Shown: in pieces, positions 9,594-20,037 of the stretch
Layout: each line of letters starts with the position of its first letter
Numbering within the stretch: the stretch's first letter is position 1
Assembly (NCBI GenBank): GCA_964645535.1
Contig: CAZYCQ010000001.1
Span: forward strand, 32,001-96,000
Reading direction: 5' to 3'
DNA from: an uncultured archaeon
GTDB taxonomy: Archaea > Asgardarchaeota > Heimdallarchaeia > Heimdallarchaeales > Kariarchaeaceae
Length of the DNA stretch: 64,000 nucleotides
Position numbers and translations under genes: made by a program
The notes under the pieces: model-generated
Databases searched by the model: none
The model's input: only the letters and a program-made list of their open reading frames with translations
What the model was told of the DNA's origin: nothing

Positions 9594-9767
9594 GGAGTAA
9601 GAAAAATGCAATTTAATCAAGCTTAAACTTTGATTTAACATTGGATTTTTTATCAAACAGCGGTTTAGAATATTGAACATCTTCATTGTGTCAGTCTAAG
9701 CACATTTAAAACAGTCTGAACGAACAAGAACTTAGTTAGCAAAAACCACTTCACAGGGAGTCATGAA

Positions 9768-10781
9768 ATGGCAGAAAACAAAGCAATGGACAAGGAAGAT
9801 ATTCTCATAGTTGACGACCTTCACACATATTTCTTTACAGAAGACGGTGTGGTTAAGGCAGTCGATGGTGTAACCTTTACAGTAAAAAGAGGGGAAGTAT
9901 TAGGTCTTGTAGGTGAATCAGGGTCTGGTAAATCAGTCACTGCAATGTCGATCTTGAGATTAATCCCTCAACCGCCCGGAAAAATAATTAGTGGTGACGT
10001 GATTTGGAAGGGACAGTCAATCCTCAATATCCCAGAAACAGAAATGCGGGCCATTAGAGGTAACCAGATAGCGGTCGTTTTCCAAGATCCGATGACATCT
10101 CTCAATCCAGTCCTCACCATCGGAGATCAAATCAAGGAAGCCATCAAGCTTCATCAACAGGTTAGCGACATCGAGGCAGAAGAGAAGACACGAACCCTGT
10201 TGGAACTCGTGGGAATTCCAGATGCAGGAAAACGTCTCAAGGACTATCCTTGGCAATTTTCAGGAGGCATGAGACAAAGGGTAATGATCGCTCTAGCCTT
10301 GTCATGCAATCCTGATCTTCTTATTGCAGATGAGCCAACAACTGCATTGGATGTGACCATTCAGGCTCAGGTTCTTGATTTGATGCGAGATCTGAAGACC
10401 AGATTCCAGACTTCAATCATCTTGATCACTCACGACATCGGAGTAATTGCAGAAATGTGTGACCGGGTAGCGGTCATGTATGCAGGAAACATTGTCGAAT
10501 TGGCAGACGTGATTACGATCTTTAAGGAACCAAAACACCCCTACACTAAAGCATTGTTGAAGGCTATTCCTTCAGCTTCTGCAAGTAGGGAAGAAGAGCT
10601 GTATGCCATCCCAGGAACAATTCCCAATCTAATTAACCCGCCATCGGGTTGCAGATTCCATCCCAGATGTGCAGAAGCAAGACCTGAATGCTCGGAAATT
10701 GTACCTGAGACCATTGAACTTGAACCTGGGCATTTTGTTAGATGTCTTCTTTATACCGGACAGATTGAGATAACCAAATAG
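9768..10781 (+). CDS. oppD: Oligopeptide/dipeptide ABC transporter ATPase (OppD/DppD)
   Basis: [30 protein letters not shown] and GCRFHPRC. Confidence 0.92.
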   Translation: MAENKAMDKEDILIVDDLHTYFFTEDGVVKAVDGVTFTVKRGEVLGLVGESGSGKSVTAMSILRLIPQPPGKIISGDVIWKGQSILNIPETEMRAIRGNQIAVVFQDPMTSLNPVLTIGDQIKEAIKLHQQVSDIEAEEKTRTLLELVGIPDAGKRLKDYPWQFSGGMRQRVMIALALSCNPDLLIADEPTTALDVTIQAQVLDLMRDLKTRFQTSIILITHDIGVIAEMCDRVAVMYAGNIVELADVITIFKEPKHPYTKALLKAIPSASASREEELYAIPGTIPNLINPPSGCRFHPRCAEARPECSEIVPETIELEPGHFVRCLLYTGQIEITK

Positions 10782-10861
10782 TGCATTGTCATCATACGAA
10801 GGTTCGAACTAACAACATTATTAAAAAGGTCTGAGTTATTCAAGGAAATGAGGTTAGCAAC

Positions 10862-11968
10862 TTGTCTTCTACAAAGGCTGAATTAGAATCTTCGGTTGAA
10901 GGTAAAACAGGAAATGGACCAAGCAATGATCCCGATGTGGTGTTGGAAGTTATTAATCTTAGAAAATACTTCCCACTTGAAGCAGGTTATCTTTTCAAAA
11001 GAAAGGTAGCCGATATTAAGGCTGTTGATGGAGTTTCTTTCAAACTCAGAAAAGGGGAAACTCTTGGACTAGTGGGAGAATCCGGTTGTGGGAAGTCAAC
11101 TATAGCAAAAACATTGACCTTCCTTCACAAACCAACTTCCGGGGAAATTTGGTTCAAAGGGAGAGATCTAAGACTGCTTTCTAGGAAGGAACTGAGGGAA
11201 GTTGCAAGAGATTTGACCATGGTTTTTCAGGATCCGGCTGCTTCATTGGATCCACGGTTTACAGTGATGCAATCGATCTTGGAGCCATTGGAAATCCATA
11301 ATCTGGTTGATGAAAGCGAAAAATATGGGATCGTAAGAGACCTATTGCTAAGGGTGGGACTGTCTCCCCACCATGCCTATCGATATCCTCATGAACTTTC
11401 AGGAGGTCAACAACAGAGAGTTGGTATTGCACGTGCATTGACCCTCCAACCACAGGTGATTATTCTTGACGAACCAGTAAGTGCTCTTGACGTTTCGGTG
11501 CGAGCATCTATCATCAACCTGCTCATTCAATTGCAGGATGATTTCAAGTTCTCGTACATTTTCATTGCACATGACCTGTCAGTTGTTCGAAAAATTTCGC
11601 ATAGAGTTGCAGTCATGTATCTAGGAAAATTGATGGAATATGGGGAAGTGGAAAATGTCTATGATGACCCAATGCATCCATACACTCAAGCATTGATGTC
11701 AGCGGTTCCGATTCCGGATCCAACTGTAAAGAAAGAGAGAATCCATCTAAAAGGAGAAGTTCCAACACCCATTAATCCACCAGTAGGATGTAGGTTCTGT
11801 ACACGCTGTAGATATGTAAGACAAAAGTGCTTCCTTGAGGAACCGGAACTCCGGGAGTTTGACAATGGCCATCTTGTGGCATGTCATTTCGCTGAAGAAA
11901 TCAAAGCAGGAACCCATAAATTGGCTGACGAATTGGCAGATGCCGAAATTGCCGATCAACAAAAATAA
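10862..11968 (+). CDS. oppF: Oligopeptide/dipeptide ABC transporter ATPase (OppF/DppF)
   Basis: GESGCGKS, LSGGQQQR, DEPVSALDVS, HPYTQAL and GCRFCTRC. Confidence 0.92.
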   Translation: MSSTKAELESSVEGKTGNGPSNDPDVVLEVINLRKYFPLEAGYLFKRKVADIKAVDGVSFKLRKGETLGLVGESGCGKSTIAKTLTFLHKPTSGEIWFKGRDLRLLSRKELREVARDLTMVFQDPAASLDPRFTVMQSILEPLEIHNLVDESEKYGIVRDLLLRVGLSPHHAYRYPHELSGGQQQRVGIARALTLQPQVIILDEPVSALDVSVRASIINLLIQLQDDFKFSYIFIAHDLSVVRKISHRVAVMYLGKLMEYGEVENVYDDPMHPYTQALMSAVPIPDPTVKKERIHLKGEVPTPINPPVGCRFCTRCRYVRQKCFLEEPELREFDNGHLVACHFAEEIKAGTHKLADELADAEIADQQK

Positions 11969-11994
11969 GAAACGCCATATTGACATACAATTGT

Positions 11995-12333
11995 ATGGAT
12001 TTAAGAGAAATACAAAAAAAACAAAAGGAATTTATCCTTTCTCGAAGATGGGATCGATTTTCTGCAACCCAAGTTTTCAGTCATCTGATTGAGGAGCTCG
12101 GAGAAGTAGTCAAATTCTTTCTCTATGAAGAAGGTTATAAGGTCAAAGGAGCAGGCCATGAAGGGATAAATAGGGAAAACATGGGCTCTGAATTCGCCCA
12201 AGCGTTCAATCTTTTCCTTCAATTAGCGATTGCAGCAAACATTGATCTTGAAGAGGTATGGAAAAAAGAAATGAAAAAAATGGAACAACGTTTTTCAGAA
12301 CAGGTTTGGAAAGATCTTGCAGAAAAGACCTAG
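11995..12333 (+). CDS. MazG-like nucleotide pyrophosphohydrolase
   Basis: HLIEELGEV...EFAQ...LAIAANIDLEE. ATG at 11995 preferred over the TTG at 11980. Confidence 0.75.
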   Translation: MDLREIQKKQKEFILSRRWDRFSATQVFSHLIEELGEVVKFFLYEEGYKVKGAGHEGINRENMGSEFAQAFNLFLQLAIAANIDLEEVWKKEMKKMEQRFSEQVWKDLAEKT

Positions 12334-12935
12334 GAAATCATCTTCAAAAAGTATTGATGAATGCCTGTATTGCCAGAAAGTTCTGGGTGAAATGTTGATG
12401 CGAGGATTTTTTCTTTTTGCACAATAACGGGATGGCCATCAAAACTTGCAAGAACATCCAACTCCTCTCCTATCTCCTCAATGATTGGCGCACGGATGAA
12501 AATAGCATCTAAATCCGTTTCTATTTTTGAGATATGCAGTGGAACGGAAAAAGAATCTTTTTGCCGGCCGTAGCCATTTCGTAAAATGGTCATATCAAGG
12601 ACAGGAAAGGCACCTTCCTTGATTTCACTTTCAGCATTCCGTTTGACCCGCTTTGCCAAAAGGATTGCACCTGCGCAAGTGCCAAAGGCAGGAAATCCAT
12701 TTGCAAGGAGATCCCTTAGTGCTGGGAGCAACCCCGATTTTGAGCCCTGCTTGATCATGGCGGTACTTTCGCCCCCTGGCATTATTATCCCGTCTAAACC
12801 ATCAAGATCTTCAGGAAGCAGAACCTGGCGAATTTCGATATTTATTCCGAGGTTCTTCCCAGCTTCTTTGACAGTAGCTTCATGTTCTTCGATGGCTCCT
12901 TGGAGCCCAAGTAAACCAATAGTTCGATCCTTCAC
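12330..12935 (-). CDS. pdxT: Pyridoxal 5'-phosphate synthase glutaminase subunit
   Basis: LQGAIEEH, PGGEST, GTCAG, RNGYGRQ, FIRAP and FHPEL. Confidence 0.96.
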   Translation of the reverse strand: MKDRTIGLLGLQGAIEEHEATVKEAGKNLGINIEIRQVLLPEDLDGLDGIIMPGGESTAMIKQGSKSGLLPALRDLLANGFPAFGTCAGAILLAKRVKRNAESEIKEGAFPVLDMTILRNGYGRQKDSFSVPLHISKIETDLDAIFIRAPIIEEIGEELDVLASFDGHPVIVQKEKILASTFHPELSGNTGIHQYFLKMIS

Positions 12936-13877
12936 TTAGAGATTTGCACCCCTGAGCTGTAATTTCTTGTCTTCATCCAGATTTGAAACATCAAGCCCAG
13001 GCATAGAAGCCCTTTCACTCACCATGCTTTGAGCTTCTGCAACTTTTTCTGGGTTTTCCCAGTGAGTGACAGCCATCACTATTGCTTCAGCTCTTGCTTC
13101 AGGATCTTCGGATTTGTAGATCCCAGATCCGACAAACACCCCATCACACTTCATCTGCATCATCATTGCTGCGTCAGCTGGTGTAGCGATCCCACCTGCT
13201 GCAAAATTCACCACAGGCAATCGTCCAAGTTCTGCTACTTTGAGGACAGTCTCATAGGACACACGCATTTCTCTTGCCAAGATCATCAGTTCTTGTGGAT
13301 TGTCTTTTGCGGCAACCACTTGACGAATTCCGTTGTTTACCATTCTCATGTGACGGATTGCTTCGGCTACATTTCCAGTACCCGCCTCCCCTTTTGTTCG
13401 GATCATGGCACTTCCTTCCTCAATACGGCGAAGCGCCTCTCCAAGGTCTCTGCATCCATTCACGAACGGGACCGTGAAATCCCATTTCCATACGTGGGAG
13501 GCCTCATTTGCGGGAGTGAGGACTTCAGATTCATCGATCATGTCAACGCCGATCTCTTCAAGAAGACGTGCTTCCATTGTATGACCAATCCTGCATTTTG
13601 CCATAATAGGTATGCTGACAGTTTCCATTGTTTCTTTTATTGCCTGTATGGTTGCCATACGAGCAACACCTCCTCTAGCTCGGATATCGGCAGGCAACTT
13701 GTCGAGAACCATTACTGCAACTGCACCAGCATCCTCTGCAATGCCTGCCTGAGTGGGATTGGTCACATCCATTACAACTCCGTGCTTGACCATTTTGGCA
13801 AATCCACGTTTAAGGTTAGTGGAACCAAGCGTAATTTCGACATCCCCATATTCCCTGAGGATCTTTCTGTCTTTCAT
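12936..13877 (-). CDS. pdxS: Pyridoxal 5'-phosphate synthase lyase subunit
   Basis: [32 protein letters not shown] and [13 protein letters not shown]. Confidence 0.98.
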   Translation of the reverse strand: MKDRKILREYGDVEITLGSTNLKRGFAKMVKHGVVMDVTNPTQAGIAEDAGAVAVMVLDKLPADIRARGGVARMATIQAIKETMETVSIPIMAKCRIGHTMEARLLEEIGVDMIDESEVLTPANEASHVWKWDFTVPFVNGCRDLGEALRRIEEGSAMIRTKGEAGTGNVAEAIRHMRMVNNGIRQVVAAKDNPQELMILAREMRVSYETVLKVAELGRLPVVNFAAGGIATPADAAMMMQMKCDGVFVGSGIYKSEDPEARAEAIVMAVTHWENPEKVAEAQSMVSERASMPGLDVSNLDEDKKLQLRGANL

Positions 13878-13946
13878 AGGATGGCTTCTGTTAATATTAT
13901 TTAATTCCTTTTACTTTGAGAAATCAAAATTCAGCCCAGACATTTT

Positions 13947-14402
13947 CTAATCCAAATCTTTAGTCCGAACCATATGCTCTTTGGCTATTTCTGTCTCATA
14001 AGCAGCAATTGTGAAGAAACCTCCTATTACGAACCCTATATTGAACAAGGGAACTTGGAATCCTTTTGGTTGGAGAATGATGCCAAGTAAAGTAAGGATA
14101 ATGAAAATCAAGGCAAACCGAAACAAGAAGGAAGGGGCAATTTCGTGAATGTCCCAAACTTTGTTGATATACGGTCGTATCAAAATACCAATCCCAATGA
14201 GAATGCCTACAATTATCCCGATAAAAAGCCATATAGTAATTGTTCGAAACAGCGCCAGAGTCGCGGTAGGTGATGGATTCAGAAGAAAAACTAGTAGGTA
14301 CGTGAATAACACCATGCCAAATTGAATCACGAGGACTATGCGGAAGAAACGTGCATATTCAATTCTATTTTTTTCAAAGAATGTATTGAGCGCCTGCATC
14401 AA
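13947..14402 (-). CDS. Membrane protein (about 4 TM), unknown function
   Basis: Four hydrophobic segments; in a chain with the neighbouring minus-strand genes. Confidence 0.6.
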   Translation of the reverse strand: MMQALNTFFEKNRIEYARFFRIVLVIQFGMVLFTYLLVFLLNPSPTATLALFRTITIWLFIGIIVGILIGIGILIRPYINKVWDIHEIAPSFLFRFALIFIILTLLGIILQPKGFQVPLFNIGFVIGGFFTIAAYETEIAKEHMVRTKDLD

Positions 14403-14406
14403 AATC

Positions 14407-15561
14407 TCACTGATCAGATTTTACAAGTTTTTTGAGAATTGCAAGAAATATCCAAGCAATCAGTATATTCCAAATGAAGGAGGTCCAAATCTCTGTGAAA
14501 TAAACTGGGAAGAGTTCCAAGGCCACAAATGTTCCGCCAGGATAGGAAAGGTCTTGAATTGGTTTCAACCCGAAGAAAAAGAAAAGAACTACGAAAATTG
14601 AGGGAGCAAGAAGTATCATGTCGTAATCTCCTTCTCTCCATGCTAGAGTATCCTTTTTTGATGCAATCATCCTTAGAAGTATTCCCATGTTAAAGAAAAG
14701 AGTGGAAAGAACCGATGCAAAGAAGACATTTGCCGGAGATATCATCACAGACCCCATAGAACCTTCTGTGAACAGATCATATAGTGGTTCCAAGTAAGTT
14801 GGAGAAGAAAGGTCAGAAAGCAAAGAATGATCCAATCGATGGACAAACAAGAGAGCAGGTACCAAGGTTGAAAGGAAACCCAATATTACAAGTGCAGTTC
14901 CAAGGAAGGAAAGCTTTGAAGCAACATCACTACTGTATATATCCTTAGAACGAATTCTCAAGAAGAGAAAGAACATAAGTAAAATAGCAATCAGGGATAA
15001 GATTAAATCAGCTAAAGGTAGAGGACCTCCAAAAAGCATTATTTTGATCCCGCCAATGGTTCCACCAATGCCTAGATCTACATCGATTGCCCAGTAATCT
15101 GGTGCAACAACTCTTCCAAAATGTCCAAGTGTCATCACGAAAATCGTGAAAGCAATGGTGTGAATCATCAAAATTGTACTCCATGATGTAATTTGGGAGA
15201 ATTTGGTGACTAGCATACCTGTCAACAGGGTTGTGAGGATCAATGTACCTAGATAGGTTTCGAACAAAGCAATTGAAGGAGAACCAAAGTTATTGGTTAA
15301 TCCCAACCCCGCTGCCAATGTTACCAGCAATGTTGATGTAGCATTTTTCGTGTAACCCACAACAATGAAAATTACAGCTAAAGTAAATACCAAAGTTGAA
15401 GGGGCAACATCAAAGCCAAAAATGTTTTTTAGATCAAACCAAGTTACATTGAATGATCCTGTCACAAAAACAAGAACCATTCCAACTATAGTAAGGAGTA
15501 AGTTGTCTCGTCTAAGGGCGAAATCCACATCCCTAAAACGAACTCTGTTTACAGCGCTCAT
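14407..15561 (-). CDS. Polytopic membrane protein (about 10 TM), unknown function
   Basis: 384-aa ORF with many hydrophobic helices. Confidence 0.65.
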   Translation of the reverse strand: MSAVNRVRFRDVDFALRRDNLLLTIVGMVLVFVTGSFNVTWFDLKNIFGFDVAPSTLVFTLAVIFIVVGYTKNATSTLLVTLAAGLGLTNNFGSPSIALFETYLGTLILTTLLTGMLVTKFSQITSWSTILMIHTIAFTIFVMTLGHFGRVVAPDYWAIDVDLGIGGTIGGIKIMLFGGPLPLADLILSLIAILLMFFLFLRIRSKDIYSSDVASKLSFLGTALVILGFLSTLVPALLFVHRLDHSLLSDLSSPTYLEPLYDLFTEGSMGSVMISPANVFFASVLSTLFFNMGILLRMIASKKDTLAWREGDYDMILLAPSIFVVLFFFFGLKPIQDLSYPGGTFVALELFPVYFTEIWTSFIWNILIAWIFLAILKKLVKSDQ

Positions 15562-15676
15562 ACAATTGTGAGAGCCAGATTAATATATTAACTCTTTTCA
15601 GAGGTCACGGCGCACACAAGGAAATATTCCATGGAATTTTGATTGCTGTTTTTATCTGAAGAGAAAATGAACCAAT

Positions 15677-16246
15677 ATGGAAACAATAAAGTTGATTACA
15701 TCAAACGTCCATAAATTCGAGGAAATTCAGGTAAGATTTTCTGATCTTGGCATCAATCTTGAACATATTCAATTTCCCTATCCGGAAGCTCAAGCAGAAA
15801 CCATCAGAGACATCGCCATCCAAAGTGCCGCGACAATTTTAACCTATATTCAACCCCCTTTTCTGATAGAGGATTCAGGAATTGCGATCGAACAGTTGAA
15901 GGGATTTCCAGGTCCTTACAGTTCATTTGTTTTTAAAACGGTAGGTTGGAAGGGAATTTTGAAATTGATGAGAGACGAAAAAAATAGAAAGGCGAGATTC
16001 ATCTCGGTAATTGTTTTCATTGATTCTTTTCGCCAGATGCATGTGTTTGAAGGAATTCAGGAAGGGCATATTGCAGAAGAAGGGCGTGGCAACAAAGGAT
16101 TTGGATTTGATCCTATCTTCATTCCCGAAGGATCAAAACTGACCTTTGCAGAAATGGATATCCAAACAAAGAATGAATACTCACACAGAGGAAAATCCTC
16201 AGGACAACTATACCACTTCTTGGCAGAAAAACAAATGAAAGGATAG
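15677..16246 (+). CDS. rdgB: Non-canonical purine NTP pyrophosphatase (Ham1/RdgB)
   Basis: TSNVHKFEE, EDSG, GFPGPYS, GFGFDPIF and KNEYSHRG. Confidence 0.93.
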   Translation: METIKLITSNVHKFEEIQVRFSDLGINLEHIQFPYPEAQAETIRDIAIQSAATILTYIQPPFLIEDSGIAIEQLKGFPGPYSSFVFKTVGWKGILKLMRDEKNRKARFISVIVFIDSFRQMHVFEGIQEGHIAEEGRGNKGFGFDPIFIPEGSKLTFAEMDIQTKNEYSHRGKSSGQLYHFLAEKQMKG

Positions 16247-16342
16247 TTCAACAAATGTAAGTAAAATGGGAAATGTGGATTTGATGCAATAATTCTTGGA
16301 GAATCAAGAAGGCTTTTATCTCAGAATATAGCAAGGAAAGAT

Positions 16343-16741
16343 ATGGGAACATTTGGAACAGTACTAGGTTCAATACTTGGAGTTGGAGGCCTTGTAGTTG
16401 TTATCTATGCAACAGCAGTCCTTACATCCGGCTTTTTACCATTCCTATGGTTCGGTCTTTTTGGATTTATAGGAGGAGCCGCTTTAGGCGCACTGAATTC
16501 AAGAAAAGCTAAAACTCAGGCAAAATACAAGAATGAATATGTGTTCTATGCATCCTCTGCTTTTGTAGCAACAATTGCCTTATTGATCTATTATTTGGTG
16601 TTTGCACTTGACAAAGTCAGGGAAAAGGCAGCAGACCCCTCAACATTTCCTGCTGAAATGTTGGTATCTACCGCGGCAGGGGCAGCCATTGCCATGATGA
16701 TTGGGTTCGGATTGGTGATTGCAAACTCAATCGCGGACTAA
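16343..16741 (+). CDS. Small membrane protein (4 TM)
   Basis: Hydrophobic, Gly/Ala-rich helices. Confidence 0.6.
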   Translation: MGTFGTVLGSILGVGGLVVVIYATAVLTSGFLPFLWFGLFGFIGGAALGALNSRKAKTQAKYKNEYVFYASSAFVATIALLIYYLVFALDKVREKAADPSTFPAEMLVSTAAGAAIAMMIGFGLVIANSIAD

Positions 16742-16790
16742 ACTCAACAAAAGGTTTTTAGGAAATTCTAGATCAAATTCAAACAATCCT

Positions 16791-18074
16791 ATGATTGATC
16801 CTAAACTAATTCGAGAAAATCCAGATTTTGTCAAGCAAAATCTTGCTCGACGACAAAATGAAGAATACCTGAAAATGGTGGATGAATTCCTAGAGAAAGA
16901 TGAGAAATGGAGACACATAACCAAAGAGGTTGAAGCCCTCAGAAGAGAAAGAAACACCTTTTCCAAAAAAATACCTAAACTTCAAGGAGAGGAGAGAACA
17001 CAAGCCGTCAAAAAGATGAAGGATCTTAAGGCACAACTTGACCAAAAGGAAAAGGAACTGCAGGAAATAGAAGAGAGAAGAAAATGGTTACTTGATAGAA
17101 TTCCAAACCTTCTCCATGAAACAGTACCATTTGGTGAAAGTGATGAGGACAATGTACCTATAAGAACATGGGGAGAAAAACCAACCTTTGATTTTGAACC
17201 CAAAGACCACCATGAACTTCTTGAATTAAATAATCTTGCAGATGTCGATCGTGCAAGAAAAGTTTCGGGAGCACGGTTCTATTACCTCAAAAATGAAGCC
17301 ACAATTCTTGAACTTGCTTTGATTCAATTTACCTTGAACATTCTGAAAGAAGAGGGGTTCACTCTTTTTACCCCACCCACTTTGGTGAGAGAAAGAGCCC
17401 TATATGGTACAGGTTTCCTGCCAACAGGAGCTGAAGACATTTACCGAATTGAAGGAGAGGATTTGAATCTAATCGGGACAAGTGAAGTTGCTTTAGGCGC
17501 CTACCATATGGATGAGACACTTCTAGAGGATCAGTTGCCCCTGAATTATTGCGGTATCTCAAATTGCTATAGAACTGAGGCATCCGCCTCAACAAAAGAT
17601 GATAAAGGAATTTTCAGGGTTCATGAATTCAAAAAGGTGGAAATGTTCAAGTTTGCTCACCCAGAACGTTCATGGGATGAACAAGAAGAGATGATACGGA
17701 TTGCAGAACGGGTATTTCAAGAATTGGGAATTCATTATCGAGTTGTCAATATCTGCACGGGAGATATTGGAGCAGTTGCAGCAAGGAAGTATGACATAGA
17801 AGCATGGATGCCAGGACAGGGACGATACAGGGAAGTCGTGTCCTGCTCGAATTGTACGGATTATCAGGCAAGAAGGCTGAACGTCAAGTACCGTGAAAAA
17901 GAAGGTGCTCCTCCAAAAGGGTTTGTTCATACTCTGAATTCAACCGCCATTGCAACAACACGTGCAATTGTTGCAATTCTCGAGAATTACCAGCAAAAGG
18001 ATGGAAGTATTGTTATTCCTGAAAAACTAAGAAGGTACACTGGATTTGACAAAATCAGTCCAATCAACGCTTGA
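16791..18074 (+). CDS. serS: Serine-tRNA ligase
   Basis: MIDPKLIRENP start (ATG 16791), coiled arm, GTSEV, YRTEA, FRVHEFKKVE, SCSNCTDYQARRL and HTLNSTA. Confidence 0.98.
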   Translation: MIDPKLIRENPDFVKQNLARRQNEEYLKMVDEFLEKDEKWRHITKEVEALRRERNTFSKKIPKLQGEERTQAVKKMKDLKAQLDQKEKELQEIEERRKWLLDRIPNLLHETVPFGESDEDNVPIRTWGEKPTFDFEPKDHHELLELNNLADVDRARKVSGARFYYLKNEATILELALIQFTLNILKEEGFTLFTPPTLVRERALYGTGFLPTGAEDIYRIEGEDLNLIGTSEVALGAYHMDETLLEDQLPLNYCGISNCYRTEASASTKDDKGIFRVHEFKKVEMFKFAHPERSWDEQEEMIRIAERVFQELGIHYRVVNICTGDIGAVAARKYDIEAWMPGQGRYREVVSCSNCTDYQARRLNVKYREKEGAPPKGFVHTLNSTAIATTRAIVAILENYQQKDGSIVIPEKLRRYTGFDKISPINA

Positions 18075-19896
18075 ATTTTCTTTTTATCCAGACTAGAATT
18101 AATGGAGCAATTAGAATTGCATAGAAGGGAATAGGACTAGAATTGGCAGAATCGGGAGTAGCTAATCTTGTTAATATTTCAACCTGATCTGCCCTTCCAG
18201 TAAATATTTCTGTTGAATCTCCATGGCTATTTTGATCTGGGATCAAGGTGGAGAGGATCATTGCAGTATAATCTGGGACTAGCAAACCATATTGAATTCC
18301 AAGCGAGACAATCTGTTGTTTGAATTCGTCGGTACCAATCAATGTGTTCAATCCAACCAAGTACTGTATCCTTTGGAGCGCCCACATCTTTTCAGCATAG
18401 GGTTGTCCGCCTTCCGTTATCAGGGCATTTTCAGAGACACGAAACGTCTCATTCCCTATCCGGTAATTAGCGGTGATGGTAACATTTTGTTCCACAAATT
18501 TTCCAGAAACAACAATTTCACTGCCATTTGATAAAGCAAGGAAACCGGAGGTAAGATTGATATTAAGACTTTCAAGAACGACACCTGCGGTAAAGGTGAA
18601 GGATATTTGATCGATTGGGGGTACATAAAGTTGTGAAAAGAGTGCAGAAATGGCATCACTTATCTCTTCATCGTTTCGAACCAATACGAATGTTCCATTG
18701 TTATCCAATGCAATTCCTTCTAGGAGTGCCTCCACACCAGATTCACCGATCGCAATAGTTGAAATGCCCACTCCCAAGGTATTGCTTTCTCTTGTATGAG
18801 ATCTGATGGCGTCGGGATCAGTAATTCCAGCAGTTGGTACACCATCAGATATGAGAATCATCAATTTTTCAGCATCTGATTCAAAAAATTGATTGAGCGA
18901 GACCGTAACGGCATCATAGATGTTCGTACTTGTCTGCGCATGGAGGGTTTCAACGAAACCGATTGCATCTTCTTTATTTTGTTCTGTTGCCGCCCTAACT
19001 TCCGCCCACATGGTTGTTGCCTCATCGCTGAAGGGGACAATATTGAATTGGTCATTAGGTCCCAAAGTTTCAATGATTTCCGTTAAGGCAAGCTTTGCCT
19101 GATCCAATCTAGTTCCACTCATTGAACCGGAGACATCAATGGTAAATATAATCTGCCTTGTTGATGGAGAATCTGCCAATTCAAGTTTCGGAGCCAAAAA
19201 GAAATTGAAGAATCCATTCGTCCCGTCTGAATAGGAAACTATGGAAGCACTAAGATCATAGTCTGAAAGGACATAATTCAAGGAAACAGCACTTGTGGGA
19301 AGTGCATCGTTCACAACCAATTTAAAACCATTTCCGATCCGCGTGAGAGATTGGCCTTCCAAACCCTTGACCTCTATTGCAAGCACGGTAGAGACTGTTG
19401 AAGTTATTTCCAAATCCACATCAAGTTGGAAGGACAAAACCGTGTCAGGGAGCAAGGGCAATAGATACCGTCCGAAGTCTCTTGTTAGCATACCCTCAAG
19501 GAATAATTTTACTTCCAAAGATTCTTTGACAGGGTTATTTATTGAAATAAGGTATTTGTCTTCGACAGGATCAATAAGCATTCCGACCTCTTCTGCGGTC
19601 ACAGTTTCATTGTAGATTTGTTCGGCTTCTTTGGCTTCTGTAACTCTACCCCATAGAGTAATGTTGGAATTGGATAGGGATGCATTACTCAGAAACAGAC
19701 CTTCTTGTCGAGGAAGAACGATGGTAAAATCCCTCTGTTCAGGCGCTACAATCAGACTATAAGTCAGATTGGCATAGTTGTCTTTTACTGTTCCCGAAAT
19801 GGACAAGTCCAGCCTATCTTGGCCTTGAGTGATTTGGGGAACAGATACGGTAATCATGAACACGATGATAAGGATTGAGAGTACTTTTTTTTCCAT
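18064..19896 (-). CDS. Secreted VIT-like/VWA (inter-alpha-trypsin-inhibitor-type) protein with C-terminal membrane anchor
   Basis: Signal peptide, MIDAS DVSGSM, STNIYDA, LISDG, KMWALQRI and YGLLVPDYTAM; hydrophobic tail followed by KRKFKR. Confidence 0.85.
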   Translation of the reverse strand: MEKKVLSILIIVFMITVSVPQITQGQDRLDLSISGTVKDNYANLTYSLIVAPEQRDFTIVLPRQEGLFLSNASLSNSNITLWGRVTEAKEAEQIYNETVTAEEVGMLIDPVEDKYLISINNPVKESLEVKLFLEGMLTRDFGRYLLPLLPDTVLSFQLDVDLEITSTVSTVLAIEVKGLEGQSLTRIGNGFKLVVNDALPTSAVSLNYVLSDYDLSASIVSYSDGTNGFFNFFLAPKLELADSPSTRQIIFTIDVSGSMSGTRLDQAKLALTEIIETLGPNDQFNIVPFSDEATTMWAEVRAATEQNKEDAIGFVETLHAQTSTNIYDAVTVSLNQFFESDAEKLMILISDGVPTAGITDPDAIRSHTRESNTLGVGISTIAIGESGVEALLEGIALDNNGTFVLVRNDEEISDAISALFSQLYVPPIDQISFTFTAGVVLESLNINLTSGFLALSNGSEIVVSGKFVEQNVTITANYRIGNETFRVSENALITEGGQPYAEKMWALQRIQYLVGLNTLIGTDEFKQQIVSLGIQYGLLVPDYTAMILSTLIPDQNSHGDSTEIFTGRADQVEILTRLATPDSANSSPIPFYAILIAPLILVWIKRKFKR

Positions 19897-20037
19897 ACAT
19901 TAATCATTTGTTTCAAACATATATATCCCAATCGGGTATTATTGACATCCCCATAAATTGTATATAATGGATAAATTATTCCAATTCAAGCCATGTTGAG
20001 ACTAAATATAAATACAAGTTGTTCCGAGGGAGTATAG

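Noticed and set aside
9768-11968. oppD/oppF without permease or binding-protein genes
   Set aside because: Split ABC operons are common in archaea; partners are probably elsewhere in the genome.
13029-13904. 291-aa plus-strand ORF
   Set aside because: It lies antisense to the highly conserved pdxS, and its Cys/His/Phe-rich composition is typical of a shadow frame.
16719-16790. N-terminal extension of SerRS
   Set aside because: It starts at a TTG overlapping the upstream gene; the canonical MIDPKLIR start is at 16791.
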